NCBI GenBank assembly: GCA_965205215.1
Contig: OZ242041.1
Location: 416,001 to 480,000 of the forward strand
Source: Nitrosopumilus sp.
GTDB taxonomy: Archaea > Thermoproteota > Nitrososphaeria > Nitrososphaerales > Nitrosopumilaceae
DNA: 64,000 nucleotides
Direction of reading: 5' to 3'
Shown: in pieces, positions 1 through 9,639 of the stretch
How the letters are laid out: every line of letters starts with the position of its first letter
Position numbering within the stretch: the first letter of the stretch is position 1
The notes under the pieces: generated by a model
Seen by the model: only the letters and a program-made list of their open reading frames with translations
What the model was told of the DNA's origin: nothing
Databases searched by the model: none
Position numbers and translations under genes: made by a program

Positions 1-637
1 CGACAATCAGAAAGCCGCCAAAGGCCTTGCGCACCGTCCTGACCATCTCAGGCGACACGCTGGTCTTTGCGCCGGAGCCCGCCTCCAAGTATACAAACCG
101 CATGCCCAGAAACTGTGCGGCCAGTGAGTAGGCCGCCGCTATCTTGGGCTTGTCGTGTGGTATGCCCCGCGCGCCCCCAACAAACCAAGCCGTGGTTCCC
201 TCCCCTATGACCAGGTATGCGGTGGGCAGGGGCTCGAGCCCGAACTTTGCCACCGAGGGGGCCCCCAGTGCCTGGGCCTGCGTCACAAAGTACGGATTCT
301 CCGAGTTTAAGAGCGAGCTGAACAGTATGGCGTCGGCGCTGGGCACGACTCCCGTCACGTTTCCGGGAAACAGGATGACCGGTATCCGCTGCGTGCTCTT
401 TTTAATCTCGCCGGTCACGACGGACAGCTCCATCTGATCCGTCGCGGAGGAGCCGCCCACCAGTATCGCAGAGGCGCCTGCCGACTCGGCCGCGCGGACC
501 AGGCGTGCCGACTCGTCGGTGTCCGACACCTCGGAGTCTATCAAGACAAAGAGCAGCGTCCCCCTGTTCCTCAGCTCCGACTGTAGATAGCCCTCTACCT
601 GGCCCCTGCCTATCTTCTCTTCCGTGTCTGCGGCCAC
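1..637 (-). CDS. Geranylgeranylglyceryl phosphate synthase (3' end outside window)
   Basis: Manual translation from GTG 637: LFVLIDSE..AILVGGSS..PVILFPGNVTGVVPSADAILFSSLLNSENPYFVTQAQALGA, the GGGPS/PcrB signature. Not in ORF track because it runs off the window. Confidence 0.9.
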   Translation of the reverse strand, partial: MAADTEEKIGRGQVEGYLQSELRNRGTLLFVLIDSEVSDTDESARLVRAAESAGASAILVGGSSATDQMELSVVTGEIKKSTQRIPVILFPGNVTGVVPSADAILFSSLLNSENPYFVTQAQALGAPSVAKFGLEPLPTAYLVIGEGTTAWFVGGARGIPHDKPKIAAAYSLAAQFLGMRFVYLEAGSGAKTSVSPEMVRTVRKAFGGFLIV

Positions 638-700
638 GCATTGCGTGGCAGCCCCTTTACTTTAAAGTTTAATTTACGTCGTATACAAGTTTGTATAGCT

Positions 701-1063
701 ATGAGCGAATCCAAAAGACAGATTTTCAACAAAGTTATACAGGAAATGATTGAAAAATCACTGTTTACAGAGAGACAAATTGAAATTATTTTAAACCAGC
801 GGGAACTCCTGGAGGCTAGGTTTCCCATAAGCCGGGGGGCATACTACAGGCAGGTAGGCCAATCGAGGGACAAGCTGGTCGCTCTCTTCTATACGGTGGT
901 CGTTCTAAGGGGGTTGGGGATACTCCTGCCTGACGATGTGGACGTGATGATGGACCTTGCAGAGAGGATTAACGTGATAAATAGTGGTGATATACCGCCT
1001 GAAAGTGCTGAACAGATGATTGACGTGATTGAAAAGTACATACGACAGGCATGCAGTATGTGA
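701..1063 (+). CDS. Hypothetical protein, probable HTH/Tfx-like DNA-binding
   Basis: ATG 701 downstream of an AT-rich TATA-like tract; SLFTERQIEII..ISRGAYYR pattern. Confidence 0.6.
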   Translation: MSESKRQIFNKVIQEMIEKSLFTERQIEIILNQRELLEARFPISRGAYYRQVGQSRDKLVALFYTVVVLRGLGILLPDDVDVMMDLAERINVINSGDIPPESAEQMIDVIEKYIRQACSM

Positions 1064-1183
1064 TGTACAGTGACGAATGGTTTGGTCTTGGCAGTCCAAA
1101 CTGTTGCGGATGGGTGATTTTTTAACATGCGGTGTGAAAAAATACTGACCGAATATGATATATCACAGTACATATGATATACC

Positions 1184-1846
1184 GTGATGGCAGAGGAGGT
1201 TTTTGATCCGTGGGTGGCGATTAGCATTGCGGTTGCATTTTTGGCGGGGCTGCTGGCCCTTTTTGCATACTTTTGGCTGCGCACCGTGGCCAGAGAGTCC
1301 GGTCTTGGGAGCAAGAGTGGCGAGATCACCGGCTCGGAGCGCCTCGAATACTATGAGAGGCAGCTCATAGACCTAAAGATACGCCTAGATGCAGTGGAGA
1401 TGGTGCGTGGGGAGGCTACCAAGGCGGGAGATGGCAGTAGGGACGAGGCCGTATCCAGGCTGGCGGCGGCCCTGAGCGAACTGGTGTCCAAGGAGCCGGC
1501 CGCCACCGCGGCGGCGGCAGAGGAAGAGGGCTCGGTGGCAGAAGAGATGCATGCGGAAGGACGGGAGGAGGATCTCGCGGGCGGCGACGGAGAAACCGTG
1601 CCCAAGACGGAGTTCCGTGCCTATCCTAACCCCGTTGACTACGTATTGCATTTAATCACGAATGATATCATAACATCACGTGATATACAAGTCACGATGG
1701 GGAAGAGCAGGGAGCATACATCACGACTCTTGAAAAAGATGTACGAGGACGGATATCTCCAGCGTGACGAGGACACTAGGCCGTACAGTTACAGCGTAAC
1801 CCAGAAGGGCCTGGAAAGACTTCGACAGGGCGGGGCCGGTGGCTGA
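1184..1846 (+). CDS. Membrane-anchored winged-helix (MarR-like) protein
   Basis: N-terminal TM segment, coiled coil, C-terminal TSRDIQVTMGKSREHTSRLLKKMYEDGYLQR..YSVTQKG. Confidence 0.7.
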   Translation: MMAEEVFDPWVAISIAVAFLAGLLALFAYFWLRTVARESGLGSKSGEITGSERLEYYERQLIDLKIRLDAVEMVRGEATKAGDGSRDEAVSRLAAALSELVSKEPAATAAAAEEEGSVAEEMHAEGREEDLAGGDGETVPKTEFRAYPNPVDYVLHLITNDIITSRDIQVTMGKSREHTSRLLKKMYEDGYLQRDEDTRPYSYSVTQKGLERLRQGGAGG

Positions 1847-2093
1847 TCTTTTCATGTCACCTGCGCCAGGGGGCTCCGTCTTGCACCAGGTCTCGGAGAC
1901 TGCCGCGGGGAGAGCCGGGTGCACTGGGTTCTGGAACCGCCGGGTGCGTCTTGCCCGGGCGCAGCCGGTTGCGCGGCAGGATTGCTTCAGATATTATGTT
2001 TACAATGAATATGGAAATTCATTATTTCTTCTATTATAGAATATTTAGTATAAATTAAGAAAATTATATATTATAATATGTAGTGAAACACCC

Positions 2094-2249
2094 ATGCAGG
2101 AGAACGAGGCGCTGGTAAAGATCACCTCGGCGGGGGCGATATCCATACCAAGGCAGTTTAGAAGATACATGGACATGCAGAAGGGGGAATACGTCAAGAT
2201 AACATATCAGAACAACGAGTTGGTTGTACGCAAGGCAGTCATATCATGA
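2094..2249 (+). CDS. AbrB/MazE/SpoVT-family DNA-binding protein (51 aa)
   Basis: Manual translation MQENEALVKITSAGAISIPRQFRRYMDMQKGEYVKITYQNNELVVRKAVIS; preceded by a very AT-rich promoter region; below ORF-track cutoff. Confidence 0.85.
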   Translation: MQENEALVKITSAGAISIPRQFRRYMDMQKGEYVKITYQNNELVVRKAVIS

Positions 2250-2651
2250 TTAGTGCTGCTGGGCGATCTTGTTGGTCTGATAGGTCCATTCCCTGCCTGT
2301 CCGGACCCTGTCAAGCCTGCCCCTTGCAGAGAACCTTGACAGGTATGTCGATATCACGCTCAGTTTGATCGGCTCGTTGAACTCGTCCTCGTACTTTTCA
2401 AGCACGTCAGTCGACGTGAACTTGCCCAGTGAGAAATACTTGTCTACGGCGTGCCAGATCTTGGCTCCGGTAGAGTCCATGTTGGGTGGTTCTGGGTGGT
2501 TCTGGGTGCCGCTCCCTGCCTCTATGTCCGCCATGTTCATGGCCTCAAAGACCATCCGGATCTTCTCAAGGGTGATGTTGCCCTCCAGTTTGATGTCATA
2601 TTTGGCGCCGTCGGCGTCCTCAACGTCTATCCTGATGCGTTTCTTAACCAA
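2250..2651 (-). CDS. Hypothetical protein with C-terminal winged helix, origin-adjacent
   Basis: FTSTDVLEKYEDEFNEPIKLSVISTYLSRF..GRLDR..GREWTY. Confidence 0.7.
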   Translation of the reverse strand: MVKKRIRIDVEDADGAKYDIKLEGNITLEKIRMVFEAMNMADIEAGSGTQNHPEPPNMDSTGAKIWHAVDKYFSLGKFTSTDVLEKYEDEFNEPIKLSVISTYLSRFSARGRLDRVRTGREWTYQTNKIAQQH

Positions 2652-2789
2652 TGCAAAGCATTGCTCACAATATCAGTATATTAGCATGCGCATGCAGTGT
2701 ATGTTAAGTAACGTGCGTGTTAAGCTGGCACGCCTAGCCCGTGCCTAGCCAGAAGGGCGGATCCTAACATTTTGGGGCCGGGGTGTGGG

Positions 2790-3150
2790 CCGGGATGGGT
2801 CGATTCCATGACTGGAGTGGAAATGAAGGGGTCGATTCCAGTATGTTGACAGTGTTAAGGTGGATCTTGACGCTTGGAGTGGAAATGAAGGGGTCGATTT
2901 CGACCACTTTTGGCAGTACCTTAACAGCATGCTAACAGTTGTGAACGGGCAGGCAGAAACCGCCACTGGACCCCCAGCCAGTTCCACTGCCAGCCGGCAG
3001 ACCCACACACCTTCGTTTCCACTCCACACCTTCTAAAATTTTTCAAAAAAGAGCTTACATACTACATCACACAACACAACACGACACACTACACCGAATC
3101 GTATACGGTATGTTATATGCTGGAGTGGAAATCATGGTGTGTGAGTGGAA
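2790..3150. promoter_or_regulatory. Probable chromosomal replication origin (oriC) with ORB elements
   Basis: TGGAGTGGAAATGAAGGGGTCGATT identical at 2813-2837 and 2875-2899; inverted copy TGGAGTGGAAACGAAGG at 3010-3026; shorter copy at 3121-3137; intergenic, directly upstream of cdc6. Confidence 0.85.
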
Positions 3151-3153
3151 CAT

Positions 3154-4377
3154 ATGGCAAGTGATCCGGTCGACAGCCTCCTTGATGCAGTTGCAGGTGG
3201 CAGATCCATAATCGTGGACAGGGTCGTGCTACATTCCGCGCACATGCCGGATCTGGTGTTGCACAGGGACGAGGAGCAGAAGGCCGTGGCCCAAGTGCTG
3301 ATCCCGATACTAAAGGGTTCGAGGCCCTCCAACCTGCTTGTGTACGGCAAGCCGGGGACGGGCAAGACACTCGTGGTCCGCAAGGTAATATCCCAGATCC
3401 AGACACGTGCGGCAGACTCCGAGTTCCCAATACGCCTCGTCTACTCCAACGCAAAGGATGAGACGACGCTGGGCGGGCTGCTTGTGAGCTTGGGCAAGCA
3501 GCTCGGGATGGACCAGAAGAGGCTGCCCGTCACGGGACTGGCCATAGGGGAGGTATTCAAGCGCATACTTGAAGAGGTGGACGGGAGCGGGCTGAACGTC
3601 GTGTTCGTGATAGACGAGATCGACCACTTGGCGCAGCTTGTGGGCAGGACGGGCAAGGACATCCTGTACCAGCTGACCAGCGCCAACATGAGGCTGGACC
3701 GTGGCACCCTTACCATAGTGGGCATATCAAACAACCTCTCGTTCAAGGAGAACCTTGATCCGCGCGTGATAAGTAGGCTGGCCGACGAGGAGGCAGTCTT
3801 TACCACCTATACCACGGAGCAGATCAAAAAGATACTGGAGGAGAGGGTCGCGGTGGCCTTTGCCCCCGGCACGGTGGAGGAACCGGCGCTGAACCTGTGC
3901 GCGGCCCTGTCGGGCTCGGAGCACGGCGACGCAAGGCGGGCGATAGACCTGTTGCGGATCGCAGGCGAGATTGCCGAGAGGGCGGCAGGCGGCAGCGGCA
4001 CCGACAGCCAGACCGTAACGGTCGAGCACGTAAGGGAGGCCTCAAAGAAGATGGAGGAGGACAAGGAGATGACCGTGCTGCAGTCGTACCCACTCCACGA
4101 GAAACTGCTGATACTCGCGATAATGAGGAGCGAGGCCAGCTCCACCGGCGAGGTCTACTCGCACTACAAGTCCCTGTGCAGGGACGTGGCGGCAGGCCCG
4201 CTCACGCAGCGCCGCGTGACGCAGATGCTGAGCGAGATAGAGCTGTCGGGCATCGTGTCCGGCAGGGTGGCAAGCCGGGGCGTGCACGGCAGGACCAAGA
4301 AGCACAGGCTGACGGTCTCGCCCCAGACCGTGAAAAAGGCGTTTGCCGAGGATCTGGCCCTGCAGGGGCTGCTCTGA
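3154..4377 (+). CDS. cdc6: Orc1/Cdc6 replication initiator
   Basis: Walker A GKPGTGKT, Walker B VIDEID, GDARRAIDLLR, C-terminal wHTH with GVHGRTK. Confidence 0.97.
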   Translation: MASDPVDSLLDAVAGGRSIIVDRVVLHSAHMPDLVLHRDEEQKAVAQVLIPILKGSRPSNLLVYGKPGTGKTLVVRKVISQIQTRAADSEFPIRLVYSNAKDETTLGGLLVSLGKQLGMDQKRLPVTGLAIGEVFKRILEEVDGSGLNVVFVIDEIDHLAQLVGRTGKDILYQLTSANMRLDRGTLTIVGISNNLSFKENLDPRVISRLADEEAVFTTYTTEQIKKILEERVAVAFAPGTVEEPALNLCAALSGSEHGDARRAIDLLRIAGEIAERAAGGSGTDSQTVTVEHVREASKKMEEDKEMTVLQSYPLHEKLLILAIMRSEASSTGEVYSHYKSLCRDVAAGPLTQRRVTQMLSEIELSGIVSGRVASRGVHGRTKKHRLTVSPQTVKKAFAEDLALQGLL

Positions 4378-4381
4378 TCCG

Positions 4382-5809
4382 CTATCCGTTGTAGTTCTGG
4401 CTCTTGAGCTCGTACGTTTTGAGGTTGACCAGTGCGGCAATCCCCGGGTTGGGCACTATGCCGACGCTGGCCTGGAACGGCGTCTGGCGTTGCCAGGCCC
4501 CCGAGTTGACGAGCAGGGTGCCCCTGTACTTGCTGACTGCCCACCTGTGCACGTGCCCCGCGTGGAATATGTCGATGTCGTCCCCTATGACCATCCAGTC
4601 CTCAAGCTCGGGGGCAATTGGTGTCCTCTCCCCGTATATGGGGCTCAGGTGCCGCGCCCTCAGCAGGAGCTCCATTACCGCGATGGGCTCGTCGTAACTG
4701 AGGCCCGGCGTGACCCTGACTATGTCGTCGATCGACTGCCCGTGGAACATCAGGACCCTGACACCGTTGAGCGAGACCACGGCGGGGTTTCCGACCATGG
4801 TTATGTTCTCGCGGCGCCACAGCCCCGGGCAGTACCTTTCTGGTATTGCCGGCTGGGGCAGGGCCCTTCTTCCGGGATCGTGGTTCCCGGGGGAGATTAT
4901 GATCTTGATGCGCTCCGGTATCTCGGCAAGCATCTCCTCGAGGCGCCCCAACTGCTCCTCGACAGTGTCCATCTCCAGCTCCTTATCCTGGTCCTTGTAG
5001 ATTCCCACCCCGTCGACCACGTCGCCACATATCAGGACGAACCGCACGTTCCTTGCGACCGCGTCCGCCTCCGAGAGCCAGCCCACAAACCCCCTGAACT
5101 CCTCCTCCATGAAGTATTTCGAGCCGACGTGAAGGTCGGAGATCAGGGCCGCCCAGGCGCCCGTCTCAGACCTGTTGGGCACGTGGGCCGGGGTGTCGGG
5201 CAGGATGATCTCCTTGGCAAAGACGCCCCTCTTGCCCCTTCCCAGCCTCAGCATTGCCATCTGGTCCCGCATCAGGGAGCCGGCCTCCTTCTGCAGCTCC
5301 TCGTTGTACACGGGTATGGACAGCACTCCCGAGGGATCCTCCAAGAGGATCTCGGCCCTACTGTCCCTGACCTCCCTGTCGTTGATCAGTCCGGCCACGT
5401 AGGCGTCCTCGTCGTCCTTTGCGCCGCCCGATCTCCTGACGGACTCCACGGACTTGACCTTTTTGGACTCGGGCCTGGCTGCGATTATGGACTTTAACTT
5501 TTCATACCTGCTGGCGAAGAGTGCGCCGTACCCGTCGACCCCCTCGGCCGTGGTGGTGTGCCCCGTGGGATCCGACAGCACCCTGAGGTCCGCGTCCACC
5601 TCGGCGTCCACCCTGAGGCCCAGGTGCTCCTCAAGGTCGTCTGCCGTCATCTGGGTCCTAGACTCCCTTTTGGCCGCGTGCACCATTGCCTTGACCACGC
5701 CCTCAAGCGAGTCCGACGGGACGCTCCTTAGGATCTCAAAGGCGCGGGGGCTTATCTGGACGCCCCTGCTCAGCGCGTATCCCAGCGCGTCCTTGCGATC
5801 CCACCCCAT
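4382..5809 (-). CDS. DNA polymerase D small subunit DP1
   Basis: Phosphoesterase motifs ISDLHVGS, GDVVDG, PGNHD, FHG, GHVH and OB fold; start set at MGWDRK. Confidence 0.95.
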   Translation of the reverse strand: MGWDRKDALGYALSRGVQISPRAFEILRSVPSDSLEGVVKAMVHAAKRESRTQMTADDLEEHLGLRVDAEVDADLRVLSDPTGHTTTAEGVDGYGALFASRYEKLKSIIAARPESKKVKSVESVRRSGGAKDDEDAYVAGLINDREVRDSRAEILLEDPSGVLSIPVYNEELQKEAGSLMRDQMAMLRLGRGKRGVFAKEIILPDTPAHVPNRSETGAWAALISDLHVGSKYFMEEEFRGFVGWLSEADAVARNVRFVLICGDVVDGVGIYKDQDKELEMDTVEEQLGRLEEMLAEIPERIKIIISPGNHDPGRRALPQPAIPERYCPGLWRRENITMVGNPAVVSLNGVRVLMFHGQSIDDIVRVTPGLSYDEPIAVMELLLRARHLSPIYGERTPIAPELEDWMVIGDDIDIFHAGHVHRWAVSKYRGTLLVNSGAWQRQTPFQASVGIVPNPGIAALVNLKTYELKSQNYNG

Positions 5810-5926
5810 TGCAGGATAACTGCCGGCGCCGATAATTAATCTGTCCCCGCCGGAGCGGCGCGCCGCTGTGCCGCCGCCTCCGGCCGTTTTGCCAAACAAC
5901 AAATAGAAAGCTCTCCGGGCCGAACC

Positions 5927-6457
5927 ATGGAGGGGTTCCCAACCAGGATTGCGGCGTTCCTTGTCCTGCTTGCCGCCTTTACCGCCGTGTTCGTGCTGGG
6001 CACCACGTCTGACGTCTCCGACGCCGAGGCCGAGATACTGCTGTCCGAGTTCGAGGCATTGGTGGAGGATATAGACGCGTTTGGGATATTTCTGCACAAT
6101 ACCATGATCGCGCTGCTCATGTTTGTTCCGGGCGCCGGGCTGGCGTGGGGGTTCCTGTCCGCCTGGTCCACCGGGCTGGTGTTTGCGGCCTTGGAGACCA
6201 GCATGCCGGAGCTTGAGGGGGTGTCGCCCTTGGCCGTGCTGTTCCTCACCCCGTTCGGGCTGATGGAGATCTGCGCGTACTCGCTGGCAATGTCGAGGAG
6301 CGCACTGATGGCGATTACGATTGTAAGGAGGGCCGCCCTGTCGGAGCACCTCCGCCCGCTGCTCTTGGAGGCGGGCATCGTGGTGGCGCTCCTGCTGGCA
6401 GGCGGCTACGTAGAGTTCTTCATGATAGAGGAGTCTCTGGATGTGGGGTTCCGCTAG
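5927..6457 (+). CDS. SpoIIM-like membrane protein
   Basis: Hydrophobic; IFLHN..PFGLMEI..LLAGGYVE. Confidence 0.7.
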   Translation: MEGFPTRIAAFLVLLAAFTAVFVLGTTSDVSDAEAEILLSEFEALVEDIDAFGIFLHNTMIALLMFVPGAGLAWGFLSAWSTGLVFAALETSMPELEGVSPLAVLFLTPFGLMEICAYSLAMSRSALMAITIVRRAALSEHLRPLLLEAGIVVALLLAGGYVEFFMIEESLDVGFR

Positions 6458-6542
6458 CCGCCGCAGCCGCAGCCGGCCGCACCACTGTAGCAGCAGGCCC
6501 CGTCACGCGTCCCCCTGTACCCCGGGGACGCCCCGCCCGCCC

Positions 6543-7310
6543 TCATCGCTGCTGCCCGGCGCAGCCGTCGTCCCACTGCCACCTGTAGTTCATGTAAGAG
6601 TCCGGCTCTGACTGGTTGAACACCACCACGCACAGGTCGGAGAACTCCCTGCCCTCAAGCTCGCTTACGGTTCCGTCAAACCTGGCCTGCTGCTCGGTGG
6701 TAAGGGACTCAAAGACGCTTACGCGCATGGCGCCTGTGTCAAAGCCGTGCTCTCTGAGGTGCGCCGCCACTTCCGACGGCATGAAGTGCTTGTCCGGCCT
6801 CTTGGGCCAGGGCCGCGGGATGAGAACCACGCTCAGCCCCGACGCCAGCGCTTGGCGCATCTCCTCCTTTTTGCCCTCTATGGGAGACGTCACGTGCATG
6901 GTAATGACCCTTGACTTGTCAAGCGGCACCCCCGCCATGGCGGCCGCCACCTGCACCGAGCTGATTCCGGGTATTATCTGCACGCCGCCAAATATCTCGG
7001 CGAGCCTGTCGACCACCTCCGATTCTGAAAAGCTTGCGTCGCCGGTAAACGGGACCACCACCGTCTTTTCCTCCGCGCCCGCCCTGAGTTCGGCGGCGAC
7101 TGACTGCAGCACCCCCTCCTGGCTTGACATCGTGACCGTGTGGACCGTTTTGCCGGGCCCCAGAAGGTGCCGTATGGTCCTGAGCGTGTATTCGTATCCC
7201 ACCACGATGTCGCACCCCCTGATGATCTCCTCCGCTATGGCGGTCAGGTACCTTGGTGATCCCGGCCCCACGCCCACCGCATAAACGCGTCCCTCTGCCA
7301 CGGCGACCAC
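6543..7310 (-). CDS. cbiE: Precorrin-6Y methyltransferase CbiE subunit
   Basis: VGVGPG, TGDASFS, IPGISSVQVAAA. Confidence 0.8.
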   Translation of the reverse strand: MVAVAEGRVYAVGVGPGSPRYLTAIAEEIIRGCDIVVGYEYTLRTIRHLLGPGKTVHTVTMSSQEGVLQSVAAELRAGAEEKTVVVPFTGDASFSESEVVDRLAEIFGGVQIIPGISSVQVAAAMAGVPLDKSRVITMHVTSPIEGKKEEMRQALASGLSVVLIPRPWPKRPDKHFMPSEVAAHLREHGFDTGAMRVSVFESLTTEQQARFDGTVSELEGREFSDLCVVVFNQSEPDSYMNYRWQWDDGCAGQQR

Positions 7311-7316
7311 ACCCCC

Positions 7317-7811
7317 CTACGTCGCCAGCTGCCGCCGCCTCTTGTTTACAAACTCCACAAACGGCTCCCAGTCTACCTTCATGTACTTGGTGGGCTCCTT
7401 TGCGGGGTACTTGACCCAGTCCTGCGCGACGGAGTACTGGTGCTTCTCCCTTTTGTCGCCAGCGCGGTACTCTAGGTGCAGGACGCTGCCCCACGCCTTC
7501 TCCCCGCTGCTGATCCCCACGACATCCTCGTACGGAACCTCCACGTTCCTGTCGTCGGCCAGGTCGTCGGCCAGGTCATCCTCGCCGTAGCCGTCGTGTC
7601 GGATCATGGTGTTTTTCGACCTGATGAACTTTACAACCTGCCTCTGCGTTATCGCCTTCCACCAGTTCATGCTGGCCCCCGTCTTGTGTACAAATGCAAT
7701 GTGCCTGTCGGTAAGAAAGAGCATCCCCTCCTTGCCCCCCAGCGCGAAGAGCCCCTGCGACTCCCTCCATATCGAGACCAGGTGCGCATGAATCTTCTCG
7801 TCGGGACCCAT
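7317..7811 (-). CDS. Hypothetical protein (PH-like fold possible)
   Basis: GMLFLTDRHIAF; in tandem with cbiE. Confidence 0.65.
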   Translation of the reverse strand: MGPDEKIHAHLVSIWRESQGLFALGGKEGMLFLTDRHIAFVHKTGASMNWWKAITQRQVVKFIRSKNTMIRHDGYGEDDLADDLADDRNVEVPYEDVVGISSGEKAWGSVLHLEYRAGDKREKHQYSVAQDWVKYPAKEPTKYMKVDWEPFVEFVNKRRRQLAT

Positions 7812-7897
7812 GCTTTGGCAGGAACTCTGGCTTTTTATAAATAGAGTGCGGCGCCTGCCGTGGCTTTTGCCGTAGCCGCCGCCAGACAACGGCTTTT

Positions 7898-9607
7898 ATG
7901 GAGGCGGGTGTCGATCCGTTGTTGTACATGAAAAATACTGGAATTTTACGGGCGCCTGTCGCGTGCGCCGCCCTGGCCGCCGTCTGCTGCCTGGCGCTGC
8001 TGCATGCGCCGTTGGCACTGCCTTTTGCAGAGGCCACTGCGGAGGCCTACGCCCAGGTTGCGGAGGCCGACGGCAGGGTGGCGGTACTGGAGACGCAGAT
8101 GGGCACGATCATAATAGAGTTCTTTCCGGCAGCGGCCCCCAACCACGTGTCCAACTTTGTCACCCTGGCAGAGTCCGGCTTTTATGACGGCACGCTGTTT
8201 CACAGGATCATACCCGGGTTTATGATACAGGGCGGGGATCCCAACACGGTCGATGGCGACCCCCGCACTTGGGGGATCGGAGGCCCCCCGCACTCCGTGG
8301 ACGCCGAGTTCAACGACATACCGCACGACCGCGGCATAGTCTCGATGGCAAGGAGCCAGGACCCTAACAGCGCCGGGTCGCAGTTCTTCATAGTCCACCA
8401 GAACTCTAACTTTCTTGATGGGCAGTACACCGTGTTTGGGAGGATTGTAACGGAGCAGAGCTTCGAGACGCTCGACGCCATCGCGGCAGCGGAGACGGGA
8501 GCCCAAGACAGGCCCGTCGACCCCGAGTCCGTGAGAATCCAGAGCATACGCATGGTGGACCGCTCCGCCATCGCGTCGCTGCCCGACGAGCCGGCTCCGG
8601 CGGCGGCGCAGCAGCCGGCGCAGGACCCGCTTGCCCCCGCCGACTCCGGCGAGCAGATCTATGACAGCTCCCGCCTTGGCATCACGTTTGTAGCTCCCGC
8701 CGGCTGGCTCTTGCAGGAGCCGGGGCGTTCGGATCCCGACGTGCCCGACGTCGTTGCGGTGGGGCCGCGGGCCGCCGGGGGAACCCCGCAGATCTACGTG
8801 TTTGTGAACGACGCGGGCCTGTCCACGCTGGAGCAGCTAGTCAGTGACCGAACGGCGGAGATCCGCGAGGTGCTGAGCGCCGAGGACTTTGCGACGTTTG
8901 AGCAGGAGCCGACCGTAGTGGCGGGCCTGCCGGCCCACGCCATGCGGGTGACCGAGACCATAACACTGAACAACGTGACCGCCAAGGTCTCGCTCATTGA
9001 GACCATCGTGTACGGGGACGGGCAGTACTATAGGCTGTCATACGCCAACATCCCCGAAAGGTTTGATGACATGATACCGCATTATCAGAGGATGCTGGAT
9101 ACGTTTGCGGTAAAGGAGGAAGCGCCACCTACTACCGACATGACCGACACAACCCCGGCCGATTCGTCACCACCACCACCACCGCAGGAACAGTCCGACG
9201 CTGCCCCGACCGACCCTGAGGGCGGGGGGTGCCTTATCGCGACTGCGGCGTTTGGCTCCGAACTTGAGCCCCAGATACAGTCCATGCGCGAACTGAGGGA
9301 CGGCACCGTCATGTCCACCAGCTCCGGCGCGGCGTTCATGTCGGGATTCAATGCCGTATACTATTCATTCTCGCCCGCCGTGGCGGACCTCGAGCGCGAA
9401 CATCCCGCGTTTAGGGATGCGGTAAGGGCGTTCATCACGCCCATGATATCCTCGCTCTCCATACTGGACGCGGCGGAGGCGGGCTCGGATCTGGACGTAA
9501 TCGTGTACGGCTCTGCTGTCATCTTGCTCAACGCCGGACTGTACGTCGCGGCGCCCTCCGCGGCGGTCATTGTAACCGTGAGGAGGCTGCGCCGCATGGC
9601 GCCGTAG
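7898..9607 (+). CDS. Secreted cyclophilin-type PPIase with C-terminal CFI-box-CTERM anchor
   Basis: Signal peptide; FHRIIPGFMIQGGDP, SAGSQFFI, YTVFG; GGGCLIATAAFGSEL and C-terminal TM. Confidence 0.9.
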   Translation: MEAGVDPLLYMKNTGILRAPVACAALAAVCCLALLHAPLALPFAEATAEAYAQVAEADGRVAVLETQMGTIIIEFFPAAAPNHVSNFVTLAESGFYDGTLFHRIIPGFMIQGGDPNTVDGDPRTWGIGGPPHSVDAEFNDIPHDRGIVSMARSQDPNSAGSQFFIVHQNSNFLDGQYTVFGRIVTEQSFETLDAIAAAETGAQDRPVDPESVRIQSIRMVDRSAIASLPDEPAPAAAQQPAQDPLAPADSGEQIYDSSRLGITFVAPAGWLLQEPGRSDPDVPDVVAVGPRAAGGTPQIYVFVNDAGLSTLEQLVSDRTAEIREVLSAEDFATFEQEPTVVAGLPAHAMRVTETITLNNVTAKVSLIETIVYGDGQYYRLSYANIPERFDDMIPHYQRMLDTFAVKEEAPPTTDMTDTTPADSSPPPPPQEQSDAAPTDPEGGGCLIATAAFGSELEPQIQSMRELRDGTVMSTSSGAAFMSGFNAVYYSFSPAVADLEREHPAFRDAVRAFITPMISSLSILDAAEAGSDLDVIVYGSAVILLNAGLYVAAPSAAVIVTVRRLRRMAP

Positions 9608-9639
9608 TGCGGCCGCCCCTTGTAACGCGCGCGGCCCCG

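Noticed and set aside
4343-5497. Long antisense or alternative-frame ORFs (also 18381-19265, 26862-27680, 40211-41194, 45194-46132)
   Set aside because: Shadow ORFs opposite well-supported genes in high-GC DNA.
5810-6349. N-terminal extension of DP1 in the ORF track (likewise for cysQ, thermosome, thpR, tfb)
   Set aside because: Extensions overlap other genes, tRNA or promoters; starts were moved downstream.
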